DNA from: Chrysomallon squamiferum
Taxonomy: Eukaryota > Animalia > Mollusca
Assembly: GCA_012295275.1 (NCBI GenBank)
Contig: CM022674.1
Coordinates: 8,432,001 to 8,496,000 of the forward strand
Reading direction: 5' to 3'
DNA: 64,000 nucleotides
A model generated the notes under the pieces. The model was not told the origin of the DNA and ran no database searches. It saw only the letters and a program-made list of their open reading frames with translations. This document shows, one piece after another, positions 1-11,973 of this stretch; the first letter of the stretch is position 1; each line of letters opens with the position of its first letter. A program made the translations under genes and the position numbers.

Positions 1-117
1 AGTCAGTAAAACAAGGATAATAGTGTTTGTATGTGTGGCTGAGTGTGTGTCGTGAGACTATAATAACATAAAATAATAATGGTAACAATGAAGACAATGA
101 TAAAGATGATAGATTAC

Positions 118-2306
118 CTGATTCAGATTGTCAGTAATGTGCATTATAAATCCTCTCTGAGCTCCGCAGCACTGCCGAGAACACAGATCAGATTCTGTAA
201 AGATGAGCATCTTGAAATATCTTACCACAAACATTTTCAGTTGCAAAGGGAGCTACAGCAGTGAGACGTAGCGACAGAGGGAGAGAGAATGAGTTTGAAT
301 GACTGAATTAACAAAAGGGTTTGGCAGGCAAGCTTTTGGTGACTGCAGTTTCACTCATGTGATTTGACAAAAGCAGCACAGCTTTGTGAAGTGCAGAAAA
401 TGGGCAACTTTGCCATTTTTTAACAGTGGTCAAACAACAATAAAATTATTTGTTTTGGAGAAAAACATTCAAAATCAATATGACTGTCTACTTCAGCAGT
501 GGAATAGTAACAGAGCACTGTCCACTGACCTAATGGACAAACTGGTTGAAAAATAATTGGAAAAGTGACTGTATTTCATACATGACTGCTAATGACAGGT
601 ACTACTGTGTTTGTGTGGGTTTGTGTATGAGTGTGTGTGTGTATCCACATATACATGATTGCATGTCTTTTTATATGCACATGAACACACATATACACAT
701 GTAAATAAATAAAGACATATACAACACAAAATGATATAACAGACATATCTTTAAATGGTAAACAGAGAAGCCAAATGAACTAAAAACATTTTACTAACCT
801 TCAGATGCGAAGTAAACCTGTTGGCCCAGGTTGTTAAGTATCTTGTACTTGTTGGCAGTTTCCCATCCAGTAATCACTGATTTCAATTAAATAATGATGA
901 AAAAATAAACACTCAAAGTAAATTAAAAACAGAAAAATTATACAGACAATTTTATTTGATTTGTATATATATATATATATATCAGATATTTTAGTAAGTG
1001 TTACAAGCTGTTCTCTTCCTCTAGTTAATAAAATAAACTTACTTTCAAAAATCTCTGTCTGTTGTTTCACCAGGAGCTGGTCTACCTGTGTGAGGTACTC
1101 CAGACCAGGTGGACAACCAGGAATTGTTTGAGGACGAGCCATCCATTGATTCTGTATTGGCTGCCCAGGAACTCCTGCAAAAAAGAGCTACATTTATCAT
1201 CACAGAACAAAGATAAGTACAAAAAATCTTTTTTTAAATCTCTTCAACATGCAACCACATCATTTATGTTTACAAAAACATTGTCATTATAATAATTGCC
1301 TAAAAGAACAAAATTTAATTTCTTCCATCTTTCAGTCTCCATCAGCCATGATGTACATCTGAAATAATTGCCAACTGAAGGAAATTTCACTTTTTTTTTT
1401 CCAAAAACCCAACAATGTTATCAGCAATACTTCAAACAATGATCAAACAGTACTAGTAGCTTTTGTCAGTAACTGCATGACAAAACTGATTTTGAATATA
1501 TCATGAATGATGTTTTCTTTTTAAAATAAACTGTCATCATCTTTCAACATCATCATAAATCTACTGATATAATGGCATAACTAATGTAAAATTGTATCAA
1601 AACTAGCATGTATTACATCAATTAATCTTAAGTTTGGGAGTTTTTATGATTTTTAAATTTATTGTTTGTTGTTCTGCAAAGTCAATACCCAACCACATTC
1701 TGTACCATCTTAATTTACATTTCAACACAAATATATGTATTACCTGGAGGCACTGGACCTTGAGAATACTGCTGGTTTTGAAACTGACCTGGTGGAGCTC
1801 CATACTGACCTGGAGGAGCTCCATACTGACCTGGAGGAGCAGCTCCGTACTGACCTGGAGGAGCTCCATATTGTCCTGGAGGAGCTCCATATTGTCCTGG
1901 AGGAGCTCCATACTGACCTGGAGGAGCTCCATATTGTCCTGGAGGAGCTCCATACTGACCTGGAGGAGCAGCTTGAGGAATTGTAGAAAAGATACAGGGT
2001 TAGGGTTCTTAAACAAACAAATGAATTTTGTAATAAATAAATTACCTATTTCTACTTTTCTCTTACTAGATAAATATAACAATTATAACAAACTATTAGT
2101 AAATTAGTAATATAATAAACTGACACATTAAAAACCTGACCCAAAGAATGGATTAAGTATATATTTTTACTAAATAAATATAACAGTTAGAGACACATAC
2201 TGCAATTAAATGAACACATAAAAACCTAACGCAAATAAGTCACATTAAATACACGTTAATCAATGGTTAATCTACAATACTATACATATGTATATACAGA
2301 TATAAT

Positions 2307-2342
<36 letters not shown>

Positions 2343-2452
2343 CAAAACAAATGAACATTATAAAAACCTATGACAAATTTAGCACACTGTGTTTACATAC
2401 CAAAGCCAGGAGGTCCTTGACTTTGTGGTTGGTTAGCAATCGGTTCTGTCAT
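118..2452 (-). CDS. PLSCR: Phospholipid scramblase (PLSCR family), 5' part; continues beyond window start
   Basis: Phase-consistent GT-AG exons 2452-2401, 1971-1744, 1174-1043, 876-799 and 194-118. They translate [17 protein letters not shown]-(APPGQYG)n-...[86 protein letters not shown]. This matches the scramblase hallmarks CPPGLEYL, ETxNKY and the Cys-rich palmitoylation motif. Confidence 0.93.
1786..1971 (-). repeat. Coding 21-bp minisatellite encoding (APPGQYG) x ~8.5
   Basis: Tandem GCTCCTCCAGG(T/A)CA(G/A)TATGGA units inside the second scramblase coding exon, with two interspersed synonymous variants. Confidence 0.95.
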
Positions 2453-2924
2453 AGTCACTCCAGTTAGTTTTTCTAAGTTTTATCTAATCTAGGACAAAAT
2501 TAGTAACCTGAGGTTAGCTATTTAAATTTTAATAATCACTGTATTTCTGCTATAATAACAAACAAAAACAAAAAAATTATAAACAAATAAAAATAAAAAT
2601 AAATAAATCATTTTATTGTTTGAGCTAAACAATAACAGTTTAAATGAAAAGTGACCCAAACCAAACATCTTATATTTATTTACTCAATCTGTTTTGATAA
2701 TAATGGTTGGATTATTTTATTTTGTTTTATTTTATTTTGGTATTTATTTTTATTTTTTCTGTATTCTAAACAAATGCCACAAAATTACTCTTCGCACATC
2801 TTTATGTATGTTGTTCTATAAACAAACTTTAGTTGTTGTGTTATATTTAGTATAATAATATATAATAACAAAGCAAATAATATCTTTTTGGTTTCTATTA
2901 ATTAATTATTTTATTATATTTTAC

Positions 2925-2961
<37 letters not shown>

Positions 2962-4002
2962 GCAATTTTATTCACTTTGATTCTGTTGATCACTCTATAC
3001 TACTATTACTACTGCAACATCAACTATATTATTAGTAGAAAACCCTAATGTCTGTATGAGTAAGCGACTGGTTCATATTAGCCATAAGCAAATGGATGTA
3101 TCAATAGACCAATACTGTTAAATTACAACACGTCGTGATCACATGACGGTGATCGGAAATGGTTTCGATACCTGTAGCTAATAGTAATACTGTTTATAAT
3201 TTATTACGTTTTATAGATTAATTTTACAAAAAATGAATGATTAAACACTGTTTTACTGTCAAACCACATTATTATACGTTTCGTTATTAATCATTATTAA
3301 ACGTACGCTAAAAAAAATTAAAACAAAAAAAACACCATATTTTCTGTTTGTCCCAACAATTAATCTTACCTTTGGTTTATTTTTACCTCTTCGTTTTCTT
3401 TTTTTACAGCCGACCAATTACAGGAGCATCGATTGACCACAACTTTTGTACTTGATTTATAATTTTCATATTTTATTTTTGTGTCCTACATGCGAGATGT
3501 GTCATTATAACAAAATCTAGAAAATATTTATTTCTTTTTTTTTTTTGGCTGGGATTTATTATTATTTATCTTTTCTTTTATTGAAAATACAGTTACTGAC
3601 GTCCAGTGCACGACATAACTTGATCATACAGTTTAGCATAGTTTCAGCTTTTGTTATTCTATTTATGTTTGTCATAGAAACACACAGTTTACTTCTAACA
3701 GGACTCTCGGTGTCAACAGCCTTTACTGTATCACGCTATTCACCGTAGCAGATCTAATTAATTAATCGTTAGCTGTAAATGCAAGCAGTTCAACTGCCCT
3801 ACAAGTCCGTCCGACCGTAGATGGGTAAAACGTTTACAAAATAATCCGACGATGTAAATTGTCTGAAATAATGGCGAATCCCATGTCGTCCAGTTTTTCC
3901 CCCGAATGGAAGACAATGTGTCTTCTGCATTCTACATTTAAAACAAAATCGGCCATGCACCCCCCCCCATATAAATTTCAGCTTATGGGCCTCACTGGTT
4001 GG

Positions 4003-4045
<43 letters not shown>

Positions 4046-4204
4046 AAATAACATCAAAGGAAAAACAGCTAACATTCTCATAAAATGGATGTTTTTGTCG
4101 TGCTATGGATAGAAGTACATTACATGTTTAATATACAATAGTATTCTATATGAGCGAAATAATCGAAGTGCTTTGAGAGAACATGTACCAATCGATGATT
4201 AAAG

Positions 4205-4988
4205 AAAACTACTTCGGCTGAGTTCGCTTTCGCACCTTTTCTGTGACGTTATTAATACTTCATTAGCAACGATTAATGGTATGAAAGAATTGTTATTCTG
4301 TCGCTTGTCTTTTCGTACAATGGGAATCTCCTTTGTGTAAGTTTAATTTTCTGAATTAGTTTAACCTAAAGACTGTGTTTTATATTAATAAGTCAATGAA
4401 ATCGATTTTAGGGACATCGAGGACATGAATATCGATTTGTTTGGTGATCCTATGGAAATAACCAAACAAATTTTTATTAGATTTATACCCAACATAAATA
4501 TAATAGCAGTTATAAAATAAAATAATGGTTATGTTATACAATAATAATAATAATAATAATAATAATTTGCTTCCTTTCTCTAGCACAGGTTCACCGAGGA
4601 TACAACTCCGTGGAAATCTGAAATCGCCAATTTAATGAGTAATTTATGTAAATTTACAATTGTTGTCATGTTATTTTTATTTTCTCTGTTACATTAAATA
4701 TAGGATTAGGCTATAATTGAGGAAAAGGCAACATGCTGCAAACAATTATTTATGGGTTTTTTCATTTAAACAATGTAAATAGTATTAAAATACACAGTGG
4801 ATTCGTAATCTCAGTTTTGCAAAAACATTGTTAATATTTAGTAATAAATACTTTTGTTCTAAATGAATTCTTTTCTGACCGAAAACAATTAGATTCAGTT
4901 GTCACTCTTTCTCTGTTACGTCTTAGTCGGCGCAAGAAAATATATGGACAGGTTCAGTCGTGTACATTCAGTCAGTAAGATGATGAAT
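4205..4988 (+). mobile_element. Older, diverged copy of the TTAA-MITE family
   Basis: 4622-4988 aligns by eye with 5318-5686 (shared ACAATTAGATTCAGTTGT block and the AGTCAGTAAGATGA end). A left-end-like motif CTTCGGCTGAGTTCGCTTTCGCACCTTTT lies near 4212. The left boundary is approximate. Confidence 0.5.
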
Positions 4989-5080
4989 GTTAATTGCTCA
5001 TTAGACCCCATCAAAATAAGAATAGACAACTGCTTACAATACTCGTCCGTAAACAGAATATCAATAAAAAAAAACATTAA

Positions 5081-5681
5081 TTCTCTTCCTGACTGAGCTC
5101 TCGTTTTGGCCTTTTCTTTCGCTGCTTAATTACCAAGTGCCAGCCCTTTTAAAACAACGTTGAAAAATTGGCGGGAAACATACTTAGGACGTGATTGAAG
5201 TTTAAATTAGTTACGCAGTTTGAATTCCATGACATAAAAATAAACAGGCGGATGTCACAGAAATATAAATTAGTTACAATCGACATCCGTGGGGAAAAAA
5301 AACGTTCATGGGTAAACCGCATTGCCGATTTAAGGAGTAATCATTATGTAAATTTAAAATTTTTATTATATTATTTTTATTTTCTCTCTTTAATTAAATA
5401 TTGAATTAAACTGTAGATTAAGAGTCACAAAAAAAGGCAATTGCAAACAAATTATTTATGATAATTTAGCTTTGAGATTTTAACAGTATGTAATAATATT
5501 AAACTACAACTTTGGCATCGTAATTTCAATTTAGTTAGAAATATTACTATTCAAAGTGAATCAGTTACTGACTGACAACGATTAGATTCAGTTGTGATTC
5601 TTTTTCTTCTGCAGTTATTTCTTCTTCCTCGCCAGAAGAAAAGCGGAGGATTCAGTCACATAGAATTAGTCAGTAAGATGA
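5081..5681 (+). mobile_element. Non-autonomous DNA transposon (MITE) with imperfect TIRs, flanked by TTAA (piggyBac-like target site)
   Basis: TTAA at 5077-5080 and 5682-5685. The left end CATTAATTCTCTTCCTGACTGA matches the reverse complement of the right end, CATTAATCATCTTACTGACTAA, at 18/22 (including the TTAA and 2 flanking nt). No coding capacity; near-identical copy at 11085-11697. Confidence 0.65.
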
Positions 5682-5957
5682 TTAATGCCAGACTGATTAT
5701 CACTGACTGATACTGAGTACAGGCGAAGGTCTTGTAGGGATTCTCAAAATGGAATCAGACTTTGGAAAAAATAAAACGATAACTAAAGTTCGGCTAATTA
5801 CAATAACCTGGTAATATCAATGTAGCAACTTTACAGCATTTTCGCTGGTGTCATGGCAACTTGCTTAATCTGAAGTACGTAGAAAATATATTGTTTTATT
5901 GTCAAATACGATGCAAAATGAATATGTTGCTTGATGATTTATTCTTGTTTAACGTCT

Positions 5958-7107
5958 TTATAATAGTGGAATCCAGTGTGGCGGGAAATGGTCAGATTTC
6001 TTAAAAACTTTACTCCAGAATTTATTGTTTTCATCATATGGATTTTTATAATACACGACTACACCACCTGACAGATAACTACCCCACCATCCAAATGTAC
6101 CCACTGTCATAATACTGTGATCGCACAGAGACAATATGGCCATGTCTATTTCCGGCGGATTTCTTTCTTGTAGGTGATTAGTTCCATCCAAAGGTCTGTT
6201 TTTATATTTTCCTCAACCCAACTTATTGTGTCGCTACAAACAATAAAGACACAATTTGAAAAATTCGACTGAAAATACATCATTGCTCTTTCTATGTATT
6301 CTCTTGAAGCCAAGTAATTTCCCGTATTGCGAGCTAGTTCCGAATCCTTGTCGCCTCTCCTAACATGCACTCCTATTAGACTTATCTTCCCAGAAGTCTT
6401 TGATTTATATTTTTTGGCGAATCGTATTAATTCTCTTTTCTGCAACTGACTTAACACGATCTCTGAATCTTAACTGTCGACGAATATTCGATTCCACATT
6501 ACTGAAATATCTCCACGACTGTAGCAAATTATCTATAGTATAATTAAAATGTCGAGGCATCTTGAGAAATGTTTCGTCATACATACAACATTTTTCTGAT
6601 GTTATTCTTTTAAAACTTTTGAACATGTTGCGATCAGTAAATGTTTTGGCTTCCAACCAGAATATATTTATAAGTGGATTGTCCGCAGACAATGCTACCG
6701 TCATGTTCTTGCTGTGGGCAATGCCGACAAGTGACGCATACGCATACATTTTATTACCAAGACCGACGTTGTTCAGTTTTACAGGTGCGAGATAGTAATT
6801 GCTGGTTTTATCGTTGCTGTTTTCATGAGATTTCACTTTACTGACATAGTCTTTTGATGGATATTTCATAGTTATCTGACCGTTGTTTAACGGTGTAACT
6901 AGATCAGGTTTGTTGTAGTATATGAGCCAGTTGTTAATAGTCACCATAACACCAATTAGAACACACGTCAGCAGATAAACTGAAATAAATTAATTAATTA
7001 AGAGCATTGTTTAATTTTAAAATAAGAACGATGTAAGTAAAAAATTATAAATTAATTTATTCATTCATACATCAAACGTACTTACACAATAACCTCTTCG
7101 GGCACAT
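5958..7107 (-). pseudogene. GT11 alpha-1,2-fucosyltransferase copy 1, frameshifted
   Basis: Exons 7107-7086 and 6979-5958, near-identical to copy 2. A +1 A in the CAAAAA tract (~6410) gives an immediate TAA, and a net +5 nt indel lies at ~6168-6173. Confidence 0.88.
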
Positions 7108-7686
7108 CTCTTCAAAAGAAAATAATAACTAGGTCTGATCAGGCGATCTGTAAGACAGAAACTATTTTTTTACATACATTTTATCACAACAACAACAATC
7201 AACAATAATAAATTACAGAAGTGCCGAAGTATTTGGGTTCAGAGGCGGTCCAGATTTCCGGATACATGCTAAATATTACTTTAGTATAAATTAATGAATA
7301 AAATTTTATTTAACGGATACAAATTAATACAATTCTGGAGCAGTATATATATATAGTGCACCCTTATAAAACCGCCCCCACCGATATGGAAGAAAAAAGT
7401 TGCAAGTTATAGACTGAAAACTACGTTAATGTAGGTTAAAACAGGTAAATATAAACCCAACATAATTGTAAATTCAGCTGAAATGCTTTACTACACCAGG
7501 CGTTTTAATTTTTAACGTATTATTTATATGATGATCAGTTGCGGAGGGTGGTGTTTATTAGTGTTAGTTTTATTTTTCATTTTCTGGTTAAGGTTTATGG
7601 CGATGAATGGAAGGAGAAACCGTCTCACTGCACTCAGTGTATTGAATTAGAGAAAGATATTGAAATTTTCTGGTATCACATGACAC

Positions 7687-7742
<56 letters not shown>

Positions 7743-7743
7743 G

Positions 7744-7888
7744 AACAATGGTATATCATGCATATGGAAGTTTTTGTCAAACAATGGCATATTATACATA
7801 TGAAAGTTTTTGTCAACAATGGCATGTAATACATATGAAACTTTTTGTCAAACAATGGCATGTAATACATATGAAACTTTTTGTCAAA
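7744..7888. repeat. ~34-bp minisatellite (AACAATGGCATGTAATACATATGAAACTTTTTGTCA-like), 4 units
   Basis: Four units here; three units at the equivalent positions ~14411-14520 and ~17707-17816. Confidence 0.85.
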
Positions 7889-8169
7889 CGATATATAAAA
7901 TAAAAAATAACGTTATCAATGTCTCAGCTTCAGTAAGATATTATTTCCCTGGTTCGCCATGAGTTGATCAGTAGACATCATCAAGTCCATAGCCTGGGCG
8001 GTCTATCCCATTGTGATCTTCTTAAATAGACTGCCCCGGAATCAACATCATTACATCCTCAGCCAGCGGATGTTTGTGTGCTGCATTACAGGAGCTGAAC
8101 AGAACATGTTCCTTCATTCGTGGAAGGCTTGAGAACATCTTTCATTTCCCATCCTGGGTGGTGACGCGG

Positions 8170-11030
8170 TCAGAACTTGGCGCCTCAGGGAACAATTTAG
8201 GGAACTTCGTATTCATTTTTTATTTTTCGTTTTGTCTCTCCCTTTCTGGTCCAACTTAGATTGACTGTTAGTCAGCCGAATGTCGGACTTTTCACCTGGT
8301 TGATGTGCAGACATTTCCATCTGGTCACCTTCCACACTCATCGTTGGATTCAACAGATTAATATGGCAAAACCTTGTCGACTTACCTCGATCTGGTGCAT
8401 TAACAATATAACCTGTGTCACTAACTTTACGTTTTACAATGTACGGACCAAAAATTTTACTTTGCAGAGATGATTTAGTGATTGGCAAATACATTAGTAC
8501 CTTGTTACCTGGATTAAATTTACTTATTTTAGTTTTCCTATCAAAATGTTTTTTTATTTTGGTCTGAGCTTTCACTAAATGTTTATGGCCTAATTTATCT
8601 TTTATTTTAGGTACTACATTTGCATCTGTCACGATTCTATTTAAGGCTTTATTCATCAACACATCATTATGCGCACAAAAACATTCATTCTCATTTAAAA
8701 GATTGTTTTTATATTTTTTATTATTTTTGACCCCACCCTTTTCAAAGGTCGATCACATTTTTGTGCTTCACACAAACTCTTTTTATTCCAGTTAATCTGT
8801 GGGAGTTTATCACCAGACATTTTTAACTCGGAGGAAAAATGTGTTGGATAAACAGCAGTCACTATTTGACCAGACTCTGATTCAAACTTTTTACCTAAAT
8901 CTATCTCATCTACTCCTTCAAATTTCCTTGACAAACATGTATCAGTTAAAGGATTTTCCTTGCCATAGACCTAGTAGTAACGCAGGCCGGAAAAGTTTCA
9001 GTTGCCTTATCAACAAAGGTTAAAATGGGAGTATTTAACACCTGAAAAGTTTCGCACCTCTTATCGCAACAACTCTCTGAAAGATCATTGCCCAGCAACA
9101 TATTTACACCCCCCATAGGTAAACTGTCTACGAGACCGATCAACACATCTTCAGAAACGTGAGGTGAATTGAGAAGAAGTCGGTGTAATGGAATGGTAGT
9201 ATACATTCCCCCAACTTCCTTAATGATTATATTTTTACCTGTTGCCGATTTTTTTAGATTTCTTCTGGCATCTTTTACAATCAGGCTCTGCCAAGCTCCT
9301 GTATCTCGAAAAATGGTAATTACCCTAGGAGAATAACTATTTGGTTGAATATCACAAATAGTATGATGACATGTATTTAACACATTTCTTTTGAGTATAC
9401 ATCTCTGGTAATTCCGAGACACCTTGCTTGTGATCCTAACAAAATCCACAGTTTTTTTATTATCCTTTTGTCTGACATAACAGTTTGAAACAACATGATT
9501 ATTCATTTTGCAATACGAACAACATGGTTGAATAGGCTTTGTTTCAGCCGACGGATTACTCTTTACTTGCATGCCTATTATAATTATGCTGCCTGACTGA
9601 TGTAGTCCTACCAGAAAACGTTTCCTGATTACCATCAAGATTCCTATCAAAACTTGACTCAGAACTTTGTGACTTGTGGACGAGAACGTAGTTATCAGCA
9701 GCTATAGCAGCAGCTTGTAGACTTTCTATGCCCTGATGTGCTAAATGTAACCGACCATTTACCGATGAACAATTTCTCACTTCTTCCAAAATGATTAATT
9801 CACGCAATTTGGCAAATCAGTCCCAATGTCGCTTGATCTGGTCCAGTTTGTTTCTGAATCTAATCTTTTTAATTTCCGAAAAAACTGACGATATGACTCA
9901 CTGGTCAGCTGATACGCTGTCAGCACGGCTGATTTTAACATCTCATAATTTCTGACCTGAGTTTTATCTAATGCATTATATTCTAGAGCAGCTTTTCCTC
10001 TGAACTTACTCTGAACTAACAAATGCCCAAACTGTTCTGACCATTTTAATTCCAAGGCCACTCTTTCGAACTGTTGAAAGAAAATTTCAACATCATTCTC
10101 ATCAAAATTAGGAACTGACCTGTAACAATCATTAATTCTAAAACCATTCGATGCATTCTCACTTGAATTATTTCCTATCATTATTTTAAGTTCAGGTTCC
10201 ATTTTCAACTTAATTATATGAAATTCTCTTTCTTTATCTTCTCTCTCTCTCTCTCTCTCTCTCTTCTCTTTCTTTTCTTTTCTTTTCTCTCTATCACTTT
10301 CATACTTTTAAGCTCTAATATTTGTTCGAAGGTTAATTACGCTTCCTCTAATTTCACTGATTCTGCCATGCTCGGAGTTGCACGTACGTTATTACTTTCC
10401 CCCTCTCGTTATCTACAGAATCGCTAAACTAAGCCTCTATTAAAATTTCTCTGCTTTGCTCTGTCTTGGGTTTTGATTTATTTATTTTAATATCGTTATA
10501 ATTTTGATCTGTTGTGCTTTCTCAAGTGGATATAAACATAAATTAGTTGTCATTAAACTGAGAAAATACTCTATACATCTAAACAAATAATTTCATAACA
10601 ATGTTAGAAAACGAGCCCCCAAATTAATTATTTGAAAAATCCCGGACGAGAGCCCCAACTTTTATAATGCTGTCTCGGGGCACACACCATTAAATACCTT
10701 GTTTGGGTTTTTTTATGGCTCAGTTGAGGGTAACAAGGTGCTTTAATGGCCATCTAACAAGGAATATAAAAGCTAAATTGAGAGACTATATAAATCAATA
10801 AGTATATCTATCCACTAGAGAAATAACCACAACACTAGTTAAGGTTAATTATTTAATTATGATATACAGATGCTTGATAATAACACATTATACAATCATA
10901 AAACATACGTTTAAGTAAGTTTGATTAATGATATGAGAAAGGTCATACTGGGAACCAAGACAAAATAACAATCTGCACGGAGAACAGATTAAAACATTAA
11001 AATTTTAGGTATAATAAATGTTATTGACAC
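8170..11030 (-). mobile_element. Decayed, internally deleted Ty3/Gypsy LTR retrotransposon, Gmr1-like
   Basis: Minus-strand ORF fragments in order: Gag (VPNFDENDVEIFFQQFERVA...AYQLTSESYRQFFR), CCHC knuckle CSYCKMNNHVVSNC, aspartic protease (FRDTGAWQSLI...MLLGNDL), then integrase C-terminus (FNPGNKVL...GPYIVKRK...HINLL). tRNA-Pro PBS at 10639-10657 and a putative 5' LTR at ~10663-11030. Integrase core and RT are missing; multiple frameshifts. Confidence 0.88.
10639..10657 (-). other. tRNA-Pro primer binding site of the LTR element
   Basis: Minus strand reads TGGGGCTCTCGTCCGGGAT versus the canonical tRNA-Pro PBS TGGGGGCTCGTCCGGGAT. A second partial TGGGGGCTCGT lies at 10611-10621. Both are upstream of gag. 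Confidence 0.8.
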
Positions 11031-11084
11031 ATGTTAATTGCTCATTACACCCTATCAAAATAGTAAAGAAATAAAGAACATTAA

Positions 11085-11697
11085 TTCCCTGCCTGACTGA
11101 GCTCTCGTTTTGGCCTTTTCTTTCGCTGCTTAATTACTAAGTCCCAGCCCTTTTAAAACAACACCATGACGTTGAAAATTTGGTGGCAAAAATACAAAGT
11201 TATGACGTGACTAAAGTTTAAATTAGTTACGCAGTTTGAATTCCATGACATAAAAATAAACAGGCGGATGTCACAGAAATATAAATTAGTTACAATCGAC
11301 ATCCGTGGGGAATAAAAACGTTCATGGGTAAACCGCATTGCCGATTTAAGGAGTAATCATTATGTAAATTTAAAATTTTTATTATATTATTTTTATTTTC
11401 TCTCTTTAATTAAATATTGAATTAAACTGTAGATTAAGAGTCACAAAAAAAGGCAATTGCAAACAAATTATTTATGATAATTTAGCTTTGACATTTTAAC
11501 AGTATGTAATAATATTAAAATACAACTTTGGCATCGTAATTTCAATTTAGTTAGAAATATTACTATTCAAAGTGAATCAGTTACTGACTGACAACGATTA
11601 GATTCAGTTGTGATTCTTTTTCTTCTGCAGTTATTTCTTCTTCCTCGCCAGAAGATATGCGGAGGATTCAGTCACATAGAATTAGTCAGTAAGATGA
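11085..11697 (+). mobile_element. TTAA-flanked MITE, second copy (duplicated with the fucosyltransferase block)
   Basis: TTAA at 11081-11084 and 11698-11701; ends TTCCCTGCCTGACTGA...TTAGTCAGTAAGATGA; near-identical to 5081-5681. Confidence 0.65.
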
Positions 11698-11973
11698 TTA
11701 ATGCCAGACTGATTATCACTGACTGATACTGAGTACAGGCGAAGGTCTTGTAGGGATTCTCAAACTGGAATCAGACTTTGGAAAAAATAAAATGATAACT
11801 AAAGTTCGGCTAATTACAATAACCTGGTAATATCAATGTAGCAACTTTACAGCATTTTCGCTGGTGTCATGGCAACTTGCTTAATCTGAAGTACGTAGAA
11901 GTAATATTGTTTTATTGTCAAATACGATGCAAAATGAATATGTTGCTTGATGGTTTATTCTTGTTTAACGTCT

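Noticed and set aside
1786-1971. 21-bp repeats as a CRISPR-like array
   Set aside because: Contiguous units with no unique spacers, lying in a eukaryotic coding exon.
1618-2107. Three repetitive ORFs ([14 protein letters not shown] and LEELHTD heptads) that look like coiled-coil proteins
   Set aside because: They are alternative-frame or antisense shadows of the APPGQYG scramblase exon; splice phase fixes the true frame.
7744-7888. ~34-bp repeats of CRISPR-repeat length
   Set aside because: Head-to-tail minisatellite with no spacers and no cas genes.
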